A DNA stretch of 13,693 bases from an uncultured Dehalococcoidia bacterium (lineage in GTDB: Bacteria > Chloroflexota > Dehalococcoidia > Lucifugimonadales > UBA3495). The DNA is taken from NCBI GenBank assembly GCA_950072105.1, contig CATMOE010000078.1, positions 1 through 13,693 on the forward strand. Reading direction: 5' to 3'. A model generated the notes under the pieces. That model ran no database searches and was not told the DNA's origin. It was given only the letters and a program-made list of their open reading frames with translations. Every line of letters begins with the position of its first letter. The first letter of the stretch is position 1. Below are positions 1 through 7,485 of the stretch, one piece after another. Both the position numbers and the translations under genes were made by a program.

Positions 1-800
1 GGATCTTCCGCTTTGTAGACCCGGTGGCCAAAGCCCATGATACGGCCGCCATTGTCCAGGATGTTGCGGCAGTACTCAGCGGCGTTCTCCGGCTGGCCGA
101 TGTCCAGCGCCATCTTCATAACTTCTTCGGCGGCGCCGCCATGCCAGGGGCCTTTCAAGACACCGATACCCGTGGTGACTGCCGAGTGAAGGTCGGACAG
201 CGTGGACGCCGCGACCCTGGCGCCGAATGCGGAGGCGTTGGCCCCATGTTCGGCATGGAGAATAAAGTCCACGTCCAGTAGGTCGATGGTCTCCTGTTCG
301 GGCATCTCATTGAACAGCATGTAAAGGAAATTGCCCGCGTGGTTGAGGTCAGGGTTGGGCGCGACCGGTTCAAGGCCCTGGCGCAGCCGATGGTGGGCGG
401 CAACAATCGTGGGGCCCATGGCGCTCAATCGGATCCCCTTGCGGATGGTGGCCTCGGTCGAATTGTCCTTCACCTCGGGATCGAAGGCCGCCAAAGCCGA
501 GATGCCGGTGCGCAACGCGTCCATGGGGTGGGAAGCCTTGACCAGATCCAGAACCTGGATGACTTCGTCGGGAAGACGCCGGTTGGCACGCAAAAGAGCA
601 TCGAACTCTTGAAGCTCCTGCTTGGTGGGCAGTTTACCGTAGAATAGGAGGTAGATCACTTCTTCAAAAGTGGAATTCTCGGCCAGATCGTGGATATTGT
701 AGCCACGATACAGCAGTTTCCCCTCTTGGCCGTCGATGAAACTGGACGTTGTGGTGTCCAGATATACATCCTTGAGTCCTTTAATGATCTCGGGCGGCAT
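1..800 (-). CDS. gltA: Citrate synthase / 2-methylcitrate synthase family, 3' end truncated by the window edge (absent from the ORF track)
   Basis: Manual translation from the ATG at 800 gives MPPEIIKGLKDVYLDTTTSSFIDGQEGKLLYRGYNIHDLAENSTFEEVIYLL...LHAEHGANASAF...LKGPWHGGAAEEV...IMGFGHRVYKAEDP, containing the standard citrate synthase motifs. RBS AGGAGGA at 807-813 (minus strand). Citrate vs methylcitrate specificity is not resolved. Confidence 0.95.
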   Translation of the reverse strand, partial: MPPEIIKGLKDVYLDTTTSSFIDGQEGKLLYRGYNIHDLAENSTFEEVIYLLFYGKLPTKQELQEFDALLRANRRLPDEVIQVLDLVKASHPMDALRTGISALAAFDPEVKDNSTEATIRKGIRLSAMGPTIVAAHHRLRQGLEPVAPNPDLNHAGNFLYMLFNEMPEQETIDLLDVDFILHAEHGANASAFGARVAASTLSDLHSAVTTGIGVLKGPWHGGAAEEVMKMALDIGQPENAAEYCRNILDNGGRIMGFGHRVYKAED

Positions 801-916
801 GGACCATCCTCCTAACTGGTGTTCGGCTGGCCGGTGTCGGGACTCTCCGGCCAGAGCGATTTTATAATGAAAATGAGCCCACCACGGGCGTTAATTTTAC
901 CTTTGGGACGTGCCAA

Positions 917-945
917 ATTTTAGCATTCGCCCCTAGGGGTGTCAA
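917..945 (-). promoter_or_regulatory. sigma70-type promoter of the citrate synthase gene
   Basis: Minus strand reads TTGACA (945-940), 17-bp spacer, TAAAAT (922-917), with an extended -10 TGn. Confidence 0.75.
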
Positions 946-966
946 GCTGAACCAAGCCTGACACCC
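937..966. promoter_or_regulatory. Inverted repeat overlapping the -35 box, possible operator
   Basis: GGGTGTCAAGCT-gaacca-AGCCTGACACCC; the arms match at 11/12 positions. Confidence 0.4.
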
Positions 967-1276
967 GGTCTATGACGCACGAACGTCAGCTCGTTCCAAC
1001 CTCATGGATCAAGTCTTGGCTTAGAGCCAGCGGTTGGGAATTCGTTCGCACAGTTCAGCCTCCGGCCCGTGAGGACGATAAACGGCGTCCACGAAGGCAA
1101 GCCACAACCCGAAGGATCGAGTTGCCAGAACTGGGGGGATAAGATGACATATCTGACATATTGGCATAGGATAGTTGACCGGCAGGGTAAACCTGAGCCG
1201 GGCAATCTACCGGCCTCGGTATTTCGTAGGTAGGGATTAGCAGCCTCGACTTTGGCTCTTGCAGGAGGACTATCAC

Positions 1277-2332
1277 GTGAATCTGGGTGTGCGGCTACAT
1301 CGGACAAGCTTGGCTCTGGGCCTGGTATCCCTGACGTTGGCACTTTTTTCACTGGCATGCGTTAATGAGGCGAGCGAACTGAACAAGGCTGGGGTCGCCC
1401 TTGAGAGCCGAAACTCTTTGGAAGAGTCGATAGTAAAGTTCGACGAAGCCATCCGTCTGGACCCCAGATTGGCTTTAGCCTACTACAACCGGGGTCAAGC
1501 CTATTTCATACTTGGTCAGTTCGAGCCAGCTAAACAAGATTATGACCAAGCAGTTAATCTCGACCCTGAATCCATCCTGTTCTACACCAAAAGAGGCGAC
1601 GCGTACCTCGCCATGGGCCAGCCCGACCAGGCGGTCCAAGAACATAACGAAGCTATCAGTCGGGACCCGCAATTTGGTCTAGCGTATTACAACCGGGGTA
1701 GCGCATACGTCGCCCTTGGCCGGCGTGACGAGGCTATCCAGGACTACAATCAAGCGGTTATTCTAGACCGTCGCATCAGAATAACCACCAATATCGGAGT
1801 TCGGTGTAAGCTCTACGATGACCTTTACCCCAAGGACGTCGCTTACCAAGATTGCAGAGGTTTCTCCAGCCACGGGTCTCGGTTTGCCAACGCATTTGGA
1901 GAGCGTGCCTTTGAATATTTCGAGCGTGGCGAGTATCGAAAAGCAATTATGGACTACGATCAAGCGATCCGGTTGGATCGCGATCGTGATCTCTACAACG
2001 GCCGAGGACTTGCTTATCAGAGCATAGGCGAGTTTGACCAGGCCTTCCAGGATTTCGAGAAAGCGGCCGGCAGTTCCGGGTTTGCTCCGGCCCATTACAA
2101 CCAAGGAAAGCTGCTATATGAGATCGGTAAATATCGATTCGCCGCGAAAGAATATTCCCTGGCGATCTTGAAGGATCCCCTTTATGCGGACGCCTATACT
2201 GGCCGGGCAATGGCTTACACCTTTCTGGCAAAAGATGCACTCGCCAAACTTGACATCGATCGGGCGGTTGAGTTGGGTGTTGATCGAGTTGAGCTGGAAG
2301 GGGTGATTCAAGAGCTAGAGAAGCAAAGATAG
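1277..2332 (+). CDS. Tetratricopeptide-repeat protein, putative lipoprotein
   Basis: Many TPR units (AYYNRGQAY, AYYNRGSAY, LYNGRGLAY, AHYNQGKLL, AYTGRAMAY). AGGAGGA lies just upstream of the GTG at 1277, which is the better start than 1259. The hydrophobic N-terminus ends in SLAC (Cys28), a lipobox-like motif. Confidence 0.88.
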   Translation: MNLGVRLHRTSLALGLVSLTLALFSLACVNEASELNKAGVALESRNSLEESIVKFDEAIRLDPRLALAYYNRGQAYFILGQFEPAKQDYDQAVNLDPESILFYTKRGDAYLAMGQPDQAVQEHNEAISRDPQFGLAYYNRGSAYVALGRRDEAIQDYNQAVILDRRIRITTNIGVRCKLYDDLYPKDVAYQDCRGFSSHGSRFANAFGERAFEYFERGEYRKAIMDYDQAIRLDRDRDLYNGRGLAYQSIGEFDQAFQDFEKAAGSSGFAPAHYNQGKLLYEIGKYRFAAKEYSLAILKDPLYADAYTGRAMAYTFLAKDALAKLDIDRAVELGVDRVELEGVIQELEKQR

Positions 2333-2397
2333 TTCGGTAAGATCGCTTATAGGTCCTTCTTATACCTTCGGCGGGGTGGGGCGGTGATTCCGATTCG

Positions 2398-4110
2398 TCA
2401 GCTTCGCCCAAGTTCGAGCAACAAGCCGTGGGTCAGGGCCGACGGCTCGCTTACGGTGAGCACAGGCCGTCCTCCGGTCTGTATCTCGATCTTGGCCGAC
2501 GGCATGTCCTGATCTTCCCGGAACCGTAATACCAGGTCTCCCGAGTTCAGTTGGGTGAGAGCGGCCTGGGCCATCTCTATCACCGATGGGTCTCCCGGCG
2601 TCCCGACCACCGTGGCGATGACAGGTAAGGACAGTAACCGGGCCAAGGAATGTCCGAACCCGGCGGCAAAAGCTCCGTAGTTTCGATGGGCGTTGGGGAA
2701 GCTTTTCAATGCCCACACCGCTTGTTCCCGGTGTGCCTCTTTGCCCGTCAAGTCAGCCAACTTGACGAAGAAAGCCGCCAGCCGGGCATTCTGAGCCAGT
2801 ACCTTCATGGGCCGGCTGAGACTTGCCGGGCCGGATATGCTGATGTCGCGGAACCCCCCTTCATGGTCCCGGTGCCGCTGGGCGATGCTCTCCGCCAACG
2901 ATTCGGCTCGTCGCAAGTAGGTGTCTTCATGGAGCGTGGAGTAGGCGTGCAGCAAAGCTAAGCCGGTTTCCGTGGCATCCCCCAACAGTCCTGGCACTAG
3001 GGCCTTGCCGTCCCAATAATGGTGCATGGCGCCGTCGGGGCCACGCAGTGTCTCCCACAGCAGGTCCAGCACTTCCTTCGCCCGTTCCCGGCACCCTTCC
3101 AATCCCAAGATCCACCAGGCATCGAGATAGGCCGTCACCGCCCGGGCGTTGGCGTCGCAGTAGAGATAATCATCGATGACTGACAGCATGGCGGACGATG
3201 ATGAGTCACGATCCTCTCGAACGTAATCCTGACACCCTTGAAAAAGGCCGGCTTGCCCCCTGGACAGGGTGGTATCCAGGTATTCAACCAGCCCTAAAGC
3301 CGTTTCCCGGTGAGACGAATCTTGGGTCAGCAGAAAGGCGCGTAGGTGGTTGCTAAGGAGGGCCGCTTGGTCGTCTAGCAGCTTTTCCGGATGGGGCTCG
3401 CTCCAATCCGCCTTGGAGGAATATCGGTAAAATCCACCGCATTCGGCATCGAAGGTCTTGCTGCCGCGCATCTTGTCTAAGGTGAATCTAACGTGATCCA
3501 GGTGAGAAGACTCGCCGCTGGTCTCGTAAAGGTACATGAGGAAATCATTAGCTTCGGGATGCAAGAATTTGAACTGGGCGCCGTAGCCGCCGTTGACCGA
3601 ATCGGCCAGGCCTTCCACCATGCCGGCTATTTCGGCTACGATGGCCGGACTCAAGGGCGCCCGATCGTTGTCTGCGGCGCTATCGTCATCGGCACTTGCC
3701 TGACCCTCTGTGGGATCGACTATGGCTTCGCCCTGTTGGTGCAGCGTTACCACTTTGACCAGCAGGTTGATAAAAGGCTCGGGTTCCATGAAGTTGACGC
3801 TGAATAGGTGGCTGCCGTCGGGGGACATAAAGATGACAGTAGGCCAGCCGCCCTGGTTATACCGCAGGTCCACGTCGGGGCGTTGAGACTCCTCTACGCG
3901 GATGGGAATGAAGAAGGCGTTCAGCAAGGAGATGGTGTCGTCTTCCGACAGGGAGGTCTCGTCCATCCGCTGGCAGAACCCGCACCAGAAGGCGGCGAGA
4001 AAGACCATCACCGGTTTATTCTGGTCCTGGGCCTCTTGGAACGCCTCCGGTCCCCACTCCCGCCAATCAATCAGGTGCGCCTGGTTGGGGCGAACAGAGA
4101 ACCGGAACAT
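2398..4110 (-). CDS. DUF255/YyaL (SPATA20-like) thioredoxin-domain protein with C-terminal (alpha/alpha)6 domain
   Basis: IDWREWGPEAFQEAQDQNKPV, WCGFC (CxxC), RPDVDLRYNQGGWPTVIFMSPDG, GGFYRYS..DWSEPHPEKLLDDQA. RBS GGGGAGG; starts 23 nt after the grdB-like stop. Confidence 0.88.
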   Translation of the reverse strand: MFRFSVRPNQAHLIDWREWGPEAFQEAQDQNKPVMVFLAAFWCGFCQRMDETSLSEDDTISLLNAFFIPIRVEESQRPDVDLRYNQGGWPTVIFMSPDGSHLFSVNFMEPEPFINLLVKVVTLHQQGEAIVDPTEGQASADDDSAADNDRAPLSPAIVAEIAGMVEGLADSVNGGYGAQFKFLHPEANDFLMYLYETSGESSHLDHVRFTLDKMRGSKTFDAECGGFYRYSSKADWSEPHPEKLLDDQAALLSNHLRAFLLTQDSSHRETALGLVEYLDTTLSRGQAGLFQGCQDYVREDRDSSSSAMLSVIDDYLYCDANARAVTAYLDAWWILGLEGCRERAKEVLDLLWETLRGPDGAMHHYWDGKALVPGLLGDATETGLALLHAYSTLHEDTYLRRAESLAESIAQRHRDHEGGFRDISISGPASLSRPMKVLAQNARLAAFFVKLADLTGKEAHREQAVWALKSFPNAHRNYGAFAAGFGHSLARLLSLPVIATVVGTPGDPSVIEMAQAALTQLNSGDLVLRFREDQDMPSAKIEIQTGGRPVLTVSEPSALTHGLLLELGRS

Positions 4111-4133
4111 ATCAGGCCTCCCCAGACCGGCCT

Positions 4134-5420
4134 TTACCGGCCCGGGGCCTCGCTCTTCAGGGCTTCAAGGGCTTGGAGGACGGTTTTCCTCCGGAGTTCC
4201 TTTTCCTCATCGGGGGGGAGATCAGCGGCGCCCAAAGGGTGGACGATGCCGGTGCCCTGGACGATGCGGTTGGAGCCAACCATCTTGGCGATGGGAACCA
4301 CCGAGGTTACCTGGCAAACCGGGATACCCGCTTTTTCCAACTCGGTCGCGATCGCAGCGCCGCTGCGAGTGCTGGTCCCTCAAGCCGAGGTGAGGATCAC
4401 CGCGTCAACCCCCGAATCCTTCAACTTCTGCGCGATCTCCTGTCCCAAACGGCGGCTGTTGGCTAGTGGATTGGCCAAACCGGAGGTGGATATGAACTCG
4501 TCGTGGAGCTTGCCGACGACGCCCTCACTCTCCAATTCCCGCATTACGTCGACCGGAACCATCCGGTCCGGGTCTTGGCGCACGTAGCGTGTGTCGTAGC
4601 CCCGATGGGCCACCTCGTAGTCCTCCCCCTTCAAGTCATCGTCCTTGGATATGTCGTAGCTTCCCCAGGTGGTTGCCGCGGTATGGGCGATGTTGTCCGG
4701 GTTGCCCTGAGGCACCACCCCTCCGTCGGTGACGATGGCCACTCGGGCCTTAGAGAGGTCAATGACCGGAGGCGGCGCCGGTACTGATGGGAATGTGGTT
4801 ACTGTCAGTTCGGACTGGAAAGCGGCGCCCTGGGTCTTGGCGTACAGCATCTCAACCATGCGTTCGGCCGCCGACTTTTCCACGAAGCTGTCCCGTAGGA
4901 TGCCTCGGGGAATGTAGCCGTCTTCGGTGGGCGATCCCATCTCCTGACCCGCCGACAACTTGGCGGCGATAGCAGCCATCTTGATCAACGTGGCTTCCAT
5001 CGCCGACACGCTTTCGCCCGAATCCACGATGTATAGTTTTTGGCGGTAAAGGTCCACTCCGGGGTTTTCCAGCGCCATTCCCGTGACTGCCGGAATGCCG
5101 ATCTCAGCGCCTACGTCCACGCACAAAGCAGCAGCCGCCGCACCGTAACGGCCTGCCTCGAAGCACGGTCCGGCTACAAACAACTCGGCTTTGCAGGCGG
5201 CAACTTCCTTCAGAACGAATTCCTTCAGTACATCGGGGTTTTCGGCGGCGAAGTTGTCCCCGCAGATCACCGTTTTCACGACCTGCGAGTCCTGGCCGAG
5301 CACCCGCTCCAGCAAGCGTCCCGGCCCCACCGCGCCGTCCCGCACCTCGGGCGGAGCATTCGCCACCTCTTCACCGCCCATTCCGCCGAAAAATTGGTTC
5401 AAGTAATGTACTACCCGCAT
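4134..5420 (-). CDS. grdB: Glycine/sarcosine/betaine reductase selenoprotein B family protein; 428 aa with Sec347 (UGA at 4380-4382), joining ORFs 4380..5420 and 4134..4340
   Basis: N-terminus MRVVHYLNQFFGGMGGEE, then TVICGDNF, AGPCFEAGRYG, GMALENPG, IAIVTDGGVVPQGNPD, HRGYD...DPDRMVPVDVMRELE. The frame continues through TGA as AVILTSA-U-GTSTRSGAAIATELEKAGIPV, the family Sec position. Paralog identity (grdB/grdF/grdH) is not resolved. Confidence 0.93.
4352..4368 (-). promoter_or_regulatory. Putative bacterial SECIS hairpin
   Basis: Minus strand: TGA, 11 nt, then TCGCAGC-GGC-GCTGCGA, a perfect 7-bp stem with a G-containing apical loop. The spacing is typical of bacterial SECIS elements. Confidence 0.7.
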
Positions 5421-5469
5421 TAGTTAGACCTCACTTGGCACTGGATTTTGGCTTAGATTGATTTGGAGC

Positions 5470-5580
5470 ACGATCCCCTCTCTAACTCTCCCCCGTAAAG
5501 GGGCGAGGAGAAGTCCCTTCCCCCCTTGCGGGGGACGGTTAGAGCCTGCCCTGAGCCTAGCCGAAGGGATGAGGGGTCGT
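5470..5580. repeat. REP-like inverted pair of palindromic units with a nested second repeat
   Basis: Left unit CCCCTCTCTAACTCTCCCCCGTAAAGGGGCGAGGA (5475-5509). The right unit, reverse-complemented, reads CCCCTCAT[insert]TCTAACCGTCCCCCGCAAGGGGGGAAGGGA (5514-5576). The insert GCCTGCCCTGAGCCTAGCCGAAGGG is at ~5544-5568. Confidence 0.75.
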
Positions 5581-5583
5581 CCT

Positions 5584-6846
5584 TTAATAAACAAAACACC
5601 GCAGCTTGGAGATCCCTTGTTGGCTGGTTACGCCGCAGATTCCTCCGGCGGGTATCTCCTGGGCCACTTCAAGAGCGGCGGTCATGGCCGGGTTTCCCGC
5701 TACCACCTTCTCCACCGCCGGGAGGTCCCAATTCGTGTCGCCGCCGCCAACGTAGACGATGGCATCCACCTCCGGATAGTTAAACAGGAGCGCGGACTCG
5801 GCCTGCCGGTCCCGGGACATGTCCGATACTTGGACGGTGGTGAAGATCCCGGATTGTTCGCAAAGGCGGGCCGTCAACGCCATGTCGGCGTGGGGAGCTC
5901 CGCCGCCGTATTTTGTGAGAACAACACCATCGGCGGCCAGGTTCCACTTGGCCATCTCCGAGGCGAGCATGCAGTTGCGCTCCCTATCTGAATTGTCGGA
6001 AGCGGCCATGGTGGCGATTGTCCCCACTAGAGTAATCTTCCCCTCCCGGTGCCATCGGTAAAGCTCGCTGATGACTGGGTGATTCTGGTAGAAATAGGTC
6101 TCCACGCCCATGTTCTGGTAGCCGGACACCACTCCCCCGTCCAGCCATTCGTTGGGGTGTAGCATCACCGGCACCATTCCGGCGGTGTTGGCGCCGTAGA
6201 GTATCTGCTCATCCACCTCGGCCACTCGCTGCCTGGAGTGTATCTGGCCGATGTAGGCCACGCGGGGCAATCCGTCTCTTCCGGCCTGAGTTGGTCCATC
6301 GGACTGGAAGACTTCCGTTGCGTTGGGCATTTGGCCTAAGGCCGTTTTGGCCAGAAATACCGACGTCTTTACCGACGCCAGCCGTAGCGCGTTCTGGGCG
6401 GTGTGCCGTTCCAGGTTTGAATCAGTGTGAGGCACGATGGCCAAATGGTGCAGCACCGAGTAGGGAGACTCTTCGCTGGCCGGCCCGCTCATCTCCACGA
6501 TTTTGTTGTTGCCCAATGGTGCCGCTTCATCGACCAAGGTCACCGCCGCGCCTCTCAAGACGTGGGTGGTGCCTTGGCCTGCCGTGGCGATGGGACCGAG
6601 GATGCCCGGATAATCCGAGCCTGCTCCCGGCTCTTTGACCCTAGGCTCGATAATGTCGAATACAACGCCGATGCGGCAGGCCTCGCCGGGATTGGCGATG
6701 TCCATGTCCACGCTCTGCAGGCGTGGGTCTTCCAGCAAGTGATTCGTCAGGCTCTCCCGGTCGACGACCAAAGTAGAACCATCTAGGTAGGTCGAGTCAC
6801 CGAATCGCAAGTCGGTAATTTGATGTATCGCCAGAGTCAGTTCCAA
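5584..6846 (-). CDS. Glycine/sarcosine/betaine reductase component B alpha/beta subunit family (GrdE/GrdG/GrdI-like), lacking the pyruvoyl-forming Cys
   Basis: DIANPGEACRI..VFDIIEPRVK, GQGTTHVLRGAAV, LPRVAYI, PVMLHPNEWLDGGVVSG, TYFYQNHPVISELY, ADGVVLTKYGGGAPHADM, CGVTSQQG all follow the GrdE pattern. TTG start with a GAGG RBS; directly upstream of the grdB-like gene. Confidence 0.88.
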   Translation of the reverse strand: MELTLAIHQITDLRFGDSTYLDGSTLVVDRESLTNHLLEDPRLQSVDMDIANPGEACRIGVVFDIIEPRVKEPGAGSDYPGILGPIATAGQGTTHVLRGAAVTLVDEAAPLGNNKIVEMSGPASEESPYSVLHHLAIVPHTDSNLERHTAQNALRLASVKTSVFLAKTALGQMPNATEVFQSDGPTQAGRDGLPRVAYIGQIHSRQRVAEVDEQILYGANTAGMVPVMLHPNEWLDGGVVSGYQNMGVETYFYQNHPVISELYRWHREGKITLVGTIATMAASDNSDRERNCMLASEMAKWNLAADGVVLTKYGGGAPHADMALTARLCEQSGIFTTVQVSDMSRDRQAESALLFNYPEVDAIVYVGGGDTNWDLPAVEKVVAGNPAMTAALEVAQEIPAGGICGVTSQQGISKLRCFVY

Positions 6847-6862
6847 AGCCTTGACCTCAGGA

Positions 6863-7480
6863 TTACCAGCCCAGATTTTCTTTGATTAGGATAACACGAA
6901 CCCTATCGTCGGCCACTTCATTTTCGAAAATAGTAAGCTTGCCCATGGGCCTGGCGTTGCGGCCCTGCGCCACCAGCCATTCGTCGTGTTTGTCTACCGT
7001 GTATCCTCGAACGCGGTCGATGGCATCGGTCAGAGTGGCGCATATCTTTTGGGTGCCGGCAACCAGGATCACGTATTTGGCCCCGAAGACGAACGCGCCC
7101 AGTTGGCTGCCCGACCCGCTGGCCACCACAATCTCGCCCGTTTCGGCGATGGCCTGAACGCTGCCGATGATGTATTCCGAAACCGTGGCCAACCGCCGCA
7201 GGTCACGTTGTTTCGCGGGGTCGGTTTCCTCGGCGATTTCGTCGTGCAAGTTGCGATAGCGAGGGTTATTGTGCAGGTAGTCCGAGTAGCCGATGGAATC
7301 CAGGGTTTCGGAGGTACTGTTGAATACCTCCGCTCCATCAGGGACCATGTCCTTGAGAAGTTGCAGGGCTTGCTCGCTGGTCTCGGCTACCACCGCCGGC
7401 ATATTCCGGGCGGCCAAAGCCTCCACCGTTCGCTGGATGACCGCGTCATCAACTATCCGTGTGGAATCGCTGATTGACAT
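6863..7480 (-). CDS. LUD-domain (DUF1121/YkgG/LutC-like) protein
   Basis: TVEALAARNM, SETLDSIG, YIIGSVQAIAETGEIVVASGSGSQLGAFVFGAKYVILVAGTQKI, and C-terminal VRVILIKENLGW. Confidence 0.8.
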   Translation of the reverse strand: MSISDSTRIVDDAVIQRTVEALAARNMPAVVAETSEQALQLLKDMVPDGAEVFNSTSETLDSIGYSDYLHNNPRYRNLHDEIAEETDPAKQRDLRRLATVSEYIIGSVQAIAETGEIVVASGSGSQLGAFVFGAKYVILVAGTQKICATLTDAIDRVRGYTVDKHDEWLVAQGRNARPMGKLTIFENEVADDRVRVILIKENLGW

Positions 7481-7485
7481 GGCGG

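Noticed and set aside
24..647. Plus-strand ORFs 24..281, 331..612, 339..647 and minus-strand 155..406
   Set aside because: They are shadow frames of the citrate synthase CDS.
972..1358. Small ORFs in the gltA-TPR spacer (972..1142 plus; 1002..1358 and 1055..1276 minus)
   Set aside because: No clear RBS or motif, and they overlap promoter-like sequence or the TPR start.
4380..4382. Nonsense mutation making grdB a pseudogene
   Set aside because: The TGA is at the family Sec position, has a suitably spaced hairpin, and both flanks are intact.
3808..4587. 259-aa plus-strand ORF and other antisense ORFs across 2.6-8.4 kb
   Set aside because: They lie antisense to well-supported genes in GC-rich DNA and show no recognisable motifs.
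5458..5991. 177-aa ORF starting in the grdE-grdB spacer
   Set aside because: Its N-terminus (PSLTLPRKG..PPCGGRLEPALSLAEG) is translated repeat DNA, and the rest is antisense to the grdE-like gene.
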